Both the position numbers and the translations under genes were made by a program. A stretch of 48,913 nucleotides of DNA, the filler included, from Sphacelaria rigidula (taxonomy: Eukaryota): NCBI GenBank assembly GCA_964200075.2. It is 2 parts of 2 records of this genome, joined end to end, with 100 filler letters (N's around TTAATTAATTAA, not from the genome) between each part and the next. Parts side by side here need not be neighbours in the genome. Positions count along the whole stretch, not along the records: positions 1 to 24,417 come from CAXNAA020000205.1; positions 24,518 to 48,913 come from CAXNAA020000206.1. The stretch is one strand, 5' to 3'. Shown here piece by piece: positions 23,596 through 34,400 of the stretch; positions within the stretch are counted from its first letter, which is position 1, and each line of letters opens with the position of its first letter. The notes below the pieces were generated by a model. The model had not been told where the DNA came from, ran no database searches, and was given only the letters and a program-made list of their open reading frames with translations.

Positions 23596-23635
23596 AACTT
23601 GAGGATCAACTTGAGGATCAACTTGAGGATCAACT

Positions 23636-23700
23636 GTCTCTCATGAGACCACGGCTGGACCCTGGGGAGTCAGTCAAAGCGCGACAATTAATAAAAAAAA
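23636..23700 (+). mobile_element. RTE LINE 3' terminus
   Basis: tctctcatgagaccacggctggaccctggggagtcagtcaaagcgcgacaattaataaaaaaaa, close to the 8870-8945 copy. Confidence 0.75.
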
Positions 23701-23769
23701 CTTCTGTTCCGAGACCAGCTGTGACGTCATCCTTCTCCAAGACACCAGGCGTGAGGAATACAATACTTT

Positions 23770-24200
23770 GCACCTGAAATAGGGGAGTTTTGGAAATTTT
23801 TGTAGTCGGCGATTTTCGATTGTGTTTTTTTCGCGTGCCACCGCTTATCCCAGAGAACGTTTGATCCCAAAGCTTGGGGATCGAAAGATACTAGAGATGC
23901 GCTCCACATTCCAAAACGAAATAATATCTGCACTCAATCTTGAACAGCTTACGGGCTGACCGGTTTCCGGGGGTCCTGCTACTACCCAGCCCCAGGTTCT
24001 GACCTTTAGGTATTCTTGCTCGATTGAAGCAATCCCGATCGTTCTCGCGGAGAAATAAAAAATAACATGTTTTTGCATTTTTATCTGTTCATTGCGCTGG
24101 AGCGGAAAAGCTGCGTTGTTTGGGCCAGTGACGGTCGATAGCACCCCCTGATAAACGAGGTATTTACACCGTACCCCCCCCCGACAATATCAATTGAGGA
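23770..24200. mobile_element. Diverged relative of the interior of the 22512-23061 MITE
   Basis: Shared colinear blocks cgctccacattccaa, actcaat.ttga, cgggctga..cgggggtcctgc, ccc.ctgat.aacg.gg.attta; ends not defined. Confidence 0.55.
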
Positions 24201-24417
24201 TTGTGCCCTGGGTGCGACCTGCTTCTTTTCTAAATTTTCATCGACGCAAGAGCTTTCGAGTGCTGAAGAAGAATATCATACGAGAAAAATTCAGAAAAGT
24301 ACCCAACTACGAAGATTGCCCAGCCAAGCTTTGCACCGCACAGGGGGGGGGGGGGGGGGCTTCTGGGGGGGGGGGTGGGGGTTGTTCATTTTTTGTTTTC
24401 CCTTGTTGTTTAGGCTG

Positions 24418-24517
24418 NNNNNNNNNNNNNNNNNNNNNNNNNNNNNNNNNNNNNNNNNNNNTTAATTAATTAANNNNNNNNNNNNNNNNNNNNNNNNNNN
24501 NNNNNNNNNNNNNNNNN
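24418..24517. other. Artificial scaffold linker N44-TTAATTAATTAA-N44
   Basis: Exactly 100 bp, symmetric, with a six-frame stop 12-mer at 24462-24473; homopolymer-rich flanks typical of contig ends. Confidence 0.95.
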
Positions 24518-25919
24518 GTTGGGGCCGTCCATTTTTTTTCTCTTTCGTTTCTTTCCCCCCGGCGGGCCAATTTTCGTTCCTTCCCCCCGCCCCCCCCCCC
24601 CCCCCTGTCCTTTTTATGTGGCCGAGCTGCTTGCTGCTGAGATCGTCACCTGTACGTTCGCTTGTAGGTAAGGTGGGGGAAGGGATATTTCATTTCGTGA
24701 TCCGATGAGACGGTGTTTTCTCCACGGCTGTGAGACGCGTACGTAGATAACCTATACTACAAGTATGCCACGCGTTCGGTGGTCGTCGGTACTGTCGCAG
24801 TACATGAGAGTACCACGGCAACCGTACAAGCATGCGAGTTATGCCGGCTGATGACAAAACAATGCATGATGCAGGCTCTGCCGCCGAAGGAACGGACTTT
24901 CCTTCAACCCGTTCTAACTGGCGATATATCGCGAGTTATGCCCACCATGACACATAGTGGTGATCTACATATCAGCGCGCGTCTTTTTATCTACGTAGCA
25001 CTGCGATCCGACAAGTTCCCTTCGAACGAAATACCAAACTGCAGTCAGCTGCGAAGTGTAGAGAGTCGAGGGTGACATGTGCGGCGGAATCAGGGCAAAA
25101 AAACGGCTGCAATCGTATTTTCGGTTACAGTCGGTTGTGCCCGCGGCCGCAAAGTGGTGGTGTTGCACAAATTGTGGTTGTATAATAATGCATGTCCTGT
25201 AGGCGCGCAGTGTCTGAAATGGCATGCAGACAAGGCCTCCAGCGCGCCAAGGAGTCTAGTACTACTGTATAGTGTGCGAACCGGTGAGCAGTGAGTGAAA
25301 AGAGCCTGTAGAGAACGTCAAGGTTCCGGCAGAGGTTATACTCTGAAAACGAGTCAACCGGTTCTCAACAGAGAAGCGCGGTTACGCTGCTCAATTTTGA
25401 GTCGTTTACTACAATCTCTTGACACGTTGTACAAAAAATATGTGCAAAGTCCCTACGGTTATCCCTTCACTCCTTCGTTCAGTTTTCGGTAATCCAAATT
25501 TCGGAACAATTTTCCCGGGATAAAATCCTCGATAACTCGTTGAAAAAAAGTCAAGGAGGGGGGGGGGGGGGGGGTTAGGGTCTTTGAACATAGCTCAAGC
25601 ACATCGTGTCAAAATTTCAGGGAAAACACCTCGAAATTGAACAGCGTCACCGCGGTTCAGATTTTCCTGTTCCCGTTGTGGCTGGTCCATCGCCACATGG
25701 GAACCGGTTTTTGACACGAAGACGCAGTAATACTGCTCGGTTTCGGGTCGTTTAAAATGAAATTTTGACACGATGTACAGGACGTATGTGCAACCATTTT
25801 CCCTCCCCTACATTGTCTTTTTTTCGGGACTTGTTGGCGACGGAACATTTCGGAACAGGTGTTTGCCACTAAATCGCAAATAACTCGCAGAGAAAAAATG
25901 ATGTGGGGAAGGAATATTG

Positions 25920-27530
25920 CAGGGGCATATACGTTACACGTGCCACAACGTTGAACGTTACGTTTCGGCCGGAACGTAATGTGAGCGCTATTTTTCTTAC
26001 GTGATGAACGTAACGTGAGCGTAACGTTAAATTCTCGAATGAAACGTAACGTGGACGTCTATCACACGTTACATGCGCATGAGACGTCACACGTAACATG
26101 AAACGTTTCATGCTACGTTACGCGTCGCATAAAACGTCATAAACACGTCACATCAAGCGATGCACACTTCAAGTTTGCGATGATTGTTGAAATCCTAGAG
26201 ACAAGGTAACTACTGTACAACGGTTCAAGTACAGACCGTGTATTTTGCCAACAGTACAAGGTTACAAGTACTGGCGGCACATTGCGAACACAGTACAAGT
26301 GCAGGCTGTACTCGTAACGCTGTACTACTGTATTTCCGACTACAGGCTGTACTTTGCAAGCACAGTAGGGCAAGGTCGCAAGTACAGCCTACACTCTGCA
26401 AGCACAGTAATGCAAGGTCACAAGTGCAACCTGTACTCGCGAACACAGTATTGCAGTGCAAGGTCCCAAGGACAGGCTGTGCTTGCGAACACAGTACAGT
26501 ACGAGGTGGTTGCTGTACTTTGCAAATACAAGAGACAACACTAGTACAAGGATACGAACACCCTGTACTTTGCACACACATTACTTTAGTACGAGGTAAT
26601 CAACCATTTGTTCTCGACAACGGGAGGCAGGCTCGCATTTGGCTGCGGTGATGTCGGCAAAACCTTTAGTTCTACACCGTCTTGAGAGCAGGGTTTAAGG
26701 CTACATGCAGATGCACGTACATGGTAGCGAATGCAGATGCGGGGAATATGACTTCTGCCTGCACTACGGTACATGTGAAGGCTCTACTTTGTTTGCGAAC
26801 ACCCGTAAACGTCTCAGATTGAAAAAAAAAAGTGGGCTCTCGAAAAAATATGTATGACGCAAGATCGGTCATGATGAAAGATACAACATGGGGGGACATT
26901 GATTTCCCGCGCATATAAATGCATTGATTGCCTGGACTGCGGTGTAAACCTGTCATGCACTCATGTATACATAGGTACGCCTGCCTTTGACGGCCGTGAA
27001 CTATCTTATTTGTCCACATGTATACGTATAGAACCAAGGGTACCTACCCGATATAGTTTTCTCTGCGGAATGCTGGGACGACTCACGCCGGCGCTCAATC
27101 ATGTTCACGATCTCTTGTGTGCACAGTATGTGCTGTCGTGCGAATTACCAAGTATTTGAAAGTTGAAAATTGAAAAAAAGAAGATGAGAAGAAAATAGGA
27201 GATATGAAAATATTACGGTCAAAAACGAATGAACGATACACTGTGGAGAAAGAAACGTTACACAATCAGATAATGCGCCTACGCTAGAACATACGATGGG
27301 CCACCGTCAGCGTTGCGTACACGGTAACGTCACGCGTTAGACGACACGTTACAACGCCTTCAACCCTTGTAAATGAGCCGCGACATGCACAGAATGAAGT
27401 ATTATATTTCGAACGCTACACGTGTCAACGAAACATAGCGTTAACTTTTTTCACGTGCTGAACGTAACGTCAACGTCAAATTTTACAAACGTGATGAACA
27501 CAACGTGAACGTGTAACGTGTAGACCGGTG
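25920..27530. mobile_element. hAT-like non-autonomous element
   Basis: 8-bp TSD gaatattg/gaatatcg; TIRs caggggcatatacgttacacg / caccggtctacacgttacacg; many subterminal ACGTTAC/GTAACGT motifs. Confidence 0.8.
26205..26580. repeat. Degenerate ~40-45-bp tandem repeat (gcRaRcacagta...caagt.caRRctgtact) inside the hAT element
   Basis: Recurrent gcgaacacagta / gcaagcacagta / caagtacag / ctgtact blocks. Confidence 0.7.
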
Positions 27531-27719
27531 GAATATCGGGGTCTTGGCACATGAGTCCTGTACATCATGTCAAAAATTCATTAAAAAACGACCCAAAATC
27601 GAGCAGTATAATCGCGTGTCAACATCCCTGTCCTCGTCTTCGGCGGCCTAGCCTGTAACAACATTTTCGAAGGTGCAACCACACCTACAGGTAGATGCCT
27701 AATTGGTTCATTGTAGCAT

Positions 27720-28016
27720 GACTTCTTCTTTTTTTCCCCGTCAAACTTCCATCCCATTCCCTCTTTTGAGTACAAGTCCGTGGTCTCACGGGATATCCAT
27801 TTTCTCGCCCCGGTACACGCCTTATTTCGATATCGCGGATTTGATCTGGCACGACTCTCCTCAAACTCATGTCTTTGCTGCTCACGTCCTCACTTTCTCA
27901 ACGACGAAAATCAGATACGGCTCAGAATAAAATTCTCAAAGCGTCTGGCGGGATCCGAACCCGCGTCTTCCGATCTTTCTGCTCTTAGCTGTACCGGTTA
28001 GACAATCGGGGGCGCG
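27720..28016 (-). mobile_element. tRNA-derived SINE, copy 3
   Basis: Minus-strand head gcgcccccgattgtctaaccgg...gcgggttcggatcccg (A and B boxes); body motifs gtccgtggtct, caaactca, cagatac shared with copy 1. Confidence 0.7.
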
Positions 28017-28404
28017 CCGGCCGATCCGGCCGAAACCCAGGCGTGGTCACTGAGATATAAGTAGGCACAAATTTGACAACGGGGCGAAATTTGAAAAAAA
28101 CAGAGGGAATAAACTGAAAAATTGAGTGAGAAAAAAAAGAGGAAGCAGACGCCGGGCTGAACCCCCCCCTCAGGAAGTACCGTTGCCGAGTAGAACAGGC
28201 CTCTGCCAGAGCTTCAGGGAAGGAGGCCAAATATATCTGAAACAAGCAGGAGGAAACTCGTACATGCCGTTTTCCCCCACTATACTGCTCGTCTTGTGCG
28301 GTACTCTACCGTACTGTATTGTAGTTTTGAATCGAAGATTGAGCAAGGGAACAAGATGAAAAACTCATGGAGGAACATGAACACCCCGAAGCATATCACC
28401 TCAA

Positions 28405-29765
28405 GGGCAGGTCGAGTAGAGTATTTTCAATACTCAGTATCTTCGAAGAAAGATACTTCTAGTACTCAGATTTTCAAATTTGACTACAGGCTGGGCCGGC
28501 CGCCGGAGAAGCGGACTTTCCTTCAGCCGGTTCTAACTGATGATCTATTGCGAGTTGTGCCTACTATGACACATCGTGGTAATTTGCAAATCAACGCGCG
28601 TCTTTCACTTCACGTAGCACTGCGATCTGCAAGTTCCTATCAAACGAAATACCAAACTGCAGTCAGCTGCGAAGTATATAGAGTTGAGGCTGGCATGTGC
28701 GGCGGAATTAGGGGGGGAAACCGGCTGAAATCACATTTACGCTACAGATAGTTGTGCCGCGGCCGCAAAGTGATGGTGCTGTACTAGTTGTGGTTGTACA
28801 ACAAGGCATGTCGTGCTGTAGGCGCGCAGTGTCTGAGATGGCAGGCAGACGAGACCTCCAGCGCGCCAAGGCGTCGCGCTTGTAGAAAACGGCAAGTTCC
28901 GGCCGAGGTTATTGTACTCTAAAAGCAAGTGAACGGATTCTCCACAGAAAAACGCGATTTCACTGCTCAATTTCAAGTCATTTTCCATGAAATTTTGACA
29001 CGATATACATTTGGTACATGTGAAGCCCCTACCGTTTACCCCTCTTCTTTTTATGACTTTCCTCGTATGTTATTGGTGATCTAAATTTCGGAACATTTTT
29101 CCGGGTACAAAAGCGTCGACAACTCATTGAAAAATAGAAAAATGTCAAGGGGCGACAATAGAGACTTCACAACATACATACCTCATGCGCATCGTGTCGG
29201 AATTTCATGAAAAAATACGTGAAATTGAACAGCATCACCGCGTTTCATTTTTTCGTGGCTATGATTCTCCACATAGAAACCAGTCTTGGACACGAACACG
29301 CGATTTAACAGCAGCTTCAGGTCGTTTTCTATGAAATTTTGGCACGATGTACAGGATGTATGGGCAAAGACGTCTCCATTTGCCCCGTACATTTTTTGTT
29401 TTTTCTCCTTGAGTTATCGTCGACCAAATATTTCAGAACATATTTTTTCGGAACAAAATCGTGAAAAACTCTAAAAAAAAATGTACGGGGAAGACGGGGG
29501 CGTCTTCGCACATACGTCCTGAACATTGTGTCAAAATTTCACAGACAACGACCCAAAAATGAGCTGCTAAATCGTGTGTTCACATCCCTGTCCGCGTCTT
29601 GGGCGGCCCAGCCTGTAGAGTATTCGAGGTCGTACTCAATCTACCCAGAATTTGAGTGGAGTATTTGAGGCCGTACTCGATCTGCCCAAAATTTGAGTAG
29701 AGTAGGAGTAAATGCTCGGGTATTTTACTCGAGTACTCAAAAGTACATGCTCTACTCGAGTGACT
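28405..29765. mobile_element. Small TACTCGAGTA-rich element hosting MITE copy A
   Basis: tcgagtagag at left and ctctactcga at right; GAGTA/TACTC-rich sequence continues on both sides of the insertion. Confidence 0.45.
28487..29615 (+). mobile_element. ~1.1-kb TA-flanked MITE family, copy A (intact)
   Basis: ta|caggctgggccg ... cggcccagcctg|ta; no coding capacity; Tc1/mariner-like CAG ends with TA TSD. Confidence 0.9.
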
Positions 29766-31107
29766 TTGTATCATTTCATGTCTGTTCCCGCTACACGTCT
29801 TCCATGGTTTCACAAGGGTGCGGCACGGTAGACAACTATCACGCTGCGGCTATTTTGTACATGTACATGATCCGTATGTACACTCCCCAACTGCCTGTGT
29901 AAAACCGTCCAATTAAATGTGTAGCGACTGCGCTATTCCACTGCCCGTACTGACTGTTGGGCTATGTTTGGGGCTACTGTCTTCAGTACGACCTGGCATG
30001 ACTTAACTGCAGCATTCAAGGAAGATTTTCAAAAGTTGCGCGGGGTCTTGTCTACTACAGCACGCAAGCACGCGTATCTCGCATCGGCATTTCGTACCCG
30101 ACCGCTTCGTCTAGCAGATGGTCAATGACATGAAAGCTTGCAGCGGAAAGGAGATGGCGGGGCGTGGAGTGTACCCTTTTCCAAATAGATTTAGGGTACT
30201 GCAGCTCTCGGGACAACAGTGCTCAACGGCTGCACAAGCCTTTCTGGGTTTTTTCAAATTTGAAGCTCATGGACTAGGCGACTGCACTGACTCTACTGTG
30301 TAGATGCGGAACGAGGTGAAGTGCCGGAAAAACATAGAAACTCGATCCTTCTTGCTCTACTCGCCCTATCGCGGACCTCAACTCTAAAAGGAGAGGTAAA
30401 ACTTCGGGAATAGCAGTAGTAACACATGCATGAAGCGCCACATGTGAGAATAGCTGGACATGCTTCTGGCTCTATGGGGCGCTCACGCGGGCCGCGCTCC
30501 CTCGGCGCCTACAAAAACTTTAACATAAGTGCAAACCGTTAACACCTGGACAAAGCATTGAAAAACACGAGCTGTAGAAATACAGGTAGAAGATACAGCA
30601 TTGAATATTATCTCAATCGATAGATACAACGAAATGAATGCATTATCCGCACACAGATGTATCTACAGGCACCAGTTCTTACCTTTCAACACGGGAGACT
30701 CGGCCAGGCCTGATATGATCCTTCCCTGTGTTGGCCAATATATTCTTCTTTCTCAATCCCACACAATTTCTCGTGTCCATACTGTTCAGACCCGTAATAG
30801 ATTCATAACCTGTGATACCATTTACCACCCCCGCAACGGACAGATATACACAGTAAACTTGATCGATTGTAGCATACTATCCGTACCCCGAGGGATTCAC
30901 GGATACTTTAGACAAATAACGAAGGAAAGATCCCAGTTGGGGCAAGAAAGGTGTCAAAATCCATGCCTGCTGTGAATTAGCCTACGTAATATCTCGAGCA
31001 AACTGGGAAATGGCGCAAAAAAGTAAAGATCTACCGAACAATGACAACATATTCCACTTTTCTTGGGATCCGTGAGAATCCCGCTACGGGACTCTTCTGT
31101 AGAGCCC

Positions 31108-31420
31108 ATGGGCCCCCAAAATCAAGTGGATGTTCGAAGGATTGATTACACCAATGATTTATACTCGCAGCTTTTCTCATCGATAAAAAATGCGTTGGTG
31201 GACAGCAACAGCGCTCAGACGTCTGGTGTTGCTAACGTTGACGTTGCCAGATGTGGCATCAACGGCAGCCGCGGGCAAATCTTGATACCTGCCATACCTG
31301 CGTCCTCAACGCAAGGGCAGCCGCATGATACTGCATGCGGTACACATGGTTTTCAAGGCATTGTTGGACTGAATTCAAGCGATAACAGAGCAACGGCGGC
31401 GGCCCTACCACGACGATCAG
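31108..31420 (+). CDS. Gene 2 probable first (or internal) exon (MGPQNQVDVRRIDYTNDLYSQLFSSIKNALVD...PRRS-)
   Basis: Open frame of track ORF 31063..31431; G|gtgatg donor in phase 1 fits the next exon; an acceptor ttctgtag at 31102 is also possible. Confidence 0.45.
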
Positions 31421-34400
31421 GTGATGTATGATAGACATACGTTCACAGCGCTCCAAGTAATGGGTTATAACACCCCTGGTGCTATCTGGAATTTCGAGCG
31501 CAAACCCTGTGCTCCTCGAAGTTTCCGTGTGAATATCGGAAGACTGTAAAGATGCCTCCGGATACGATTTTTTGGCGCCCTAACCGAAGCAAGTTGTGAG
31601 AAAAAAGTGAAGTTGAAGATGTCATTGTCAGATATGCCTTTTGAGTTTTGTTCCATCGACGGATTGAGGAAACTGTAGTCTCCATAGGAGTTCACTTCGT
31701 CGTCGATGGATGGGGAAATAATTTATGAAATCGCCAGTGGTGTTATACATTCACAGCCAAGGTGTGCACCATTAGTGTGGGACATTGATAGGCGAGCAAC
31801 AGCCTGCATCCCATGCACAACAAATTATTGAATCGAAATCGATTGTTTCAGTAACGTTAACTGACCCTTCTAGATTGCACCCCGGTGCGGAGATAGTTTT
31901 AACGCGACCGCCAATATAACGACCGCACCACGGACGACGGGACGCATGCCACTTTCGAGAGTCTTGGGGATCTGTCGATTTGCCCATATTTCGTCTCATG
32001 TCGCATCGTCGTTGTCGACACAAAAGTTCGTTTTGAAAACCGCTCGCACCCCGGTGCATTTTTGCAAGGGCCAACGGTGCTGACCCTATACCGACTCCGC
32101 CAAACCTAGGGTATGCGAAAGAAGGGGGACACCAAACACTGGTTGAGGCACAAAGGGAAGTTCAGGAACAGGATCGTTCGATCCGAGTCACGAAGGAGCA
32201 CGCTACACTTGTCCACGTGGCGATCGAGGTGAGGGTTTGTGAACCACGCGGATGTAAAACTGCGAGCACTGCAGCCAGCCTACTTTTCTACTTGGCAGAA
32301 ATACCCCAAAAACCGTTGAACGAACGTTCGACACAAAAATGAGATTTGCTGCCAGTAAAGTAGTCACTACGAGGCGAGCCAGCCGTGGAACATACAGACG
32401 CGTATCACACAACAACTTCTCAAGTTTCCAAAATCAGCCCTACTTGAGCATATCGCTGTGAATTGCAGACCAAGCTAGTGAAGCACGGCACCGACGCTGC
32501 TCGATTGGCGCGGTTTTGGCGATGATTGTACTGCATTGAGTACCGGGTGCGTCTCATATCGTGGCGTGAGAGCGTGTTCTGTTTTTTTTTCAAGAAGCGC
32601 GGCGAAATTCCAGGAAACGCGGCGGCATTGCGTATGACAACTTTTACAAGCACAATCAAGAATGCACCAGGAATACTGCGAGATGGTATCAAGCTCGTCA
32701 GCAGCTCCATCATGGGAGAGGACTTCTGAGCCGATTGTCACATATAACAAGCACGGACACAAATATCCAACTGAGACTAGGCTGCGACGCTTTCCCTCGG
32801 CCAAATCCCCGATGGTAATCGTTTATTCTTACAGCTGAAAATGAATATGGAGAAAAAATGGACGTGTCGAGATTCGAACTCGTGACTGTTACAGCGCATT
32901 TGGAGGCTGGTGTATCAGTTGGACCACCGGGGCGCAGCGGTGTCACACAAAAAGTGCCAGGCGAGGCCCAAGTTTAAAGTTTAGCCAAAATTTCACCAGG
33001 ATCTCCTGCACGCAAGAATGAACATTTTTCGGGGGTGCTGCTGTTTTACGTTTGTTGCACGGAGTTTTGACATTTTTCCAGCGTTTGCTGAAATTTTAAC
33101 TCGCCCTATATGTTTTCTTGACACCCGAGAAATGTTGTGCATGTTGAGGATAAAAATGTTGTGTCAAAATTTCAGCGTTTAACTCCTTGAATTGAGCACC
33201 GCCTGATCCGAAAACATTCAAAATCACTGTCAGCTGGCCCAGCTCGTATGTCTATCTCATTTCACGGTGTGCGTGGCTCACCTGAATTGTACTGGATTCA
33301 TAAATTCACCTGCATCGAAGTATTAACGAAGTATCAAGAGAAGAATCACCAACGAACAGTCACACAGCGTTCGTGTCGTTTCTGATTAAGTATATCAGTG
33401 CGGTCAAAATTTTGTCAGCAAACAGCAGTCCAGTTGTCGTATGGAGAGTGCTTCCGGGAACAAAACATGTGCCATCGACTTCCCCTGGTATTATGCTCTC
33501 GTGACCGCCAAAAAAATGGGATCAGGACGATGCCGAGCAAGCTCTACAATGCGTACGAGATAGACGGTTGCGAGCGGCGGCCTTGCGACGGACGCGCCTG
33601 TCTCGCATTTCAACGCGACATGCAGCGTTCGTGCACTCCGCGAACGGATCCCTCGCTCGAGCTCGTGCGGAAGGACTGATGGCGATTCGCAGGTTATGTT
33701 TGTACCTTGCTGTCTTCGTGCACAAAAGCGTTACACCCCTGCGACTTTTCAGATGGTACCTATCTGACCTCCGGCCGTGCACTCGTTTCCGAACGATCGA
33801 AGAATGAGCGGCAGATCATGTCTTGGCGGCTTGGCCTTCTTCTCGACGTTCCGAATTCGTGTACCGCACTTGTTCGTTGCCTGGAAGGGAAGATGGGGGG
33901 GAAGCGTGCTAGGGGAGGTCATTGCTTGTACCTCCTGGGCTTGAGCGCGAGCATCGGAATTGAATAAACACTGGACACGTGGGTGAGCTGGCAAATACGT
34001 GCGATTGGAACTGAGACACCCTGACCGCCCGCCTGCATGTTCCCTTCCCCTTTCTTCCCTCTACCTTTTTCGTGAATGTTTTTGGCAGGCTCCGGTACCA
34101 GGGTGCCGACGTCACTCGTCGACTGCAGGAACTGCTGCATGAGTGCGTGGGGGAATACGAGAAGGCTAGACTTTCGGAAGTGAGGCACCGACGGATGTCG
34201 GCGGAGATGTGTGACTCCGCAGTCCGGGGGATGGTGCTCGATCTGCGGTGAGTTTGTCGATGTGTCATTTTCTTGCTGTGTGGTGGTCGCCCGGTCGCTG
34301 GTTCGCTTGAAATTTGTCGTTGATGTCTTCATCATCATCGTCGTCGTCGTTGTTGTTGTCGTTGATGTTTTGGTGGTAGTGGTGAAGGCGGTGATTGATA

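Larger units (their letters stand above)
24872..27655 (+). mobile_element. ~1.1-kb TA-flanked MITE family, copy C (older), split by a hAT-like insertion
   Basis: Starts caggctctgccgccgaaggaacggactttccttc and ends acatccctgtcctcgtcttcggcggcctagcctg|ta; colinear with 28487-29615. Confidence 0.85.

Noticed and set aside
30682-30970. Minus-strand exon ending in AG|gtaag (..QVYCVYLSVAGVVNGITGYESITGL..)
   Set aside because: Contains an in-frame TAG and no partner exons could be linked.
32850-32938. Functional tRNA gene
   Set aside because: A/B boxes are present but no consistent acceptor or anticodon stems were found; it resembles the SINE heads elsewhere in the window.
4885-32938. All four SINE-like heads lie antisense to the host genes
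   Set aside because: Four cases are too few to claim an orientation bias.
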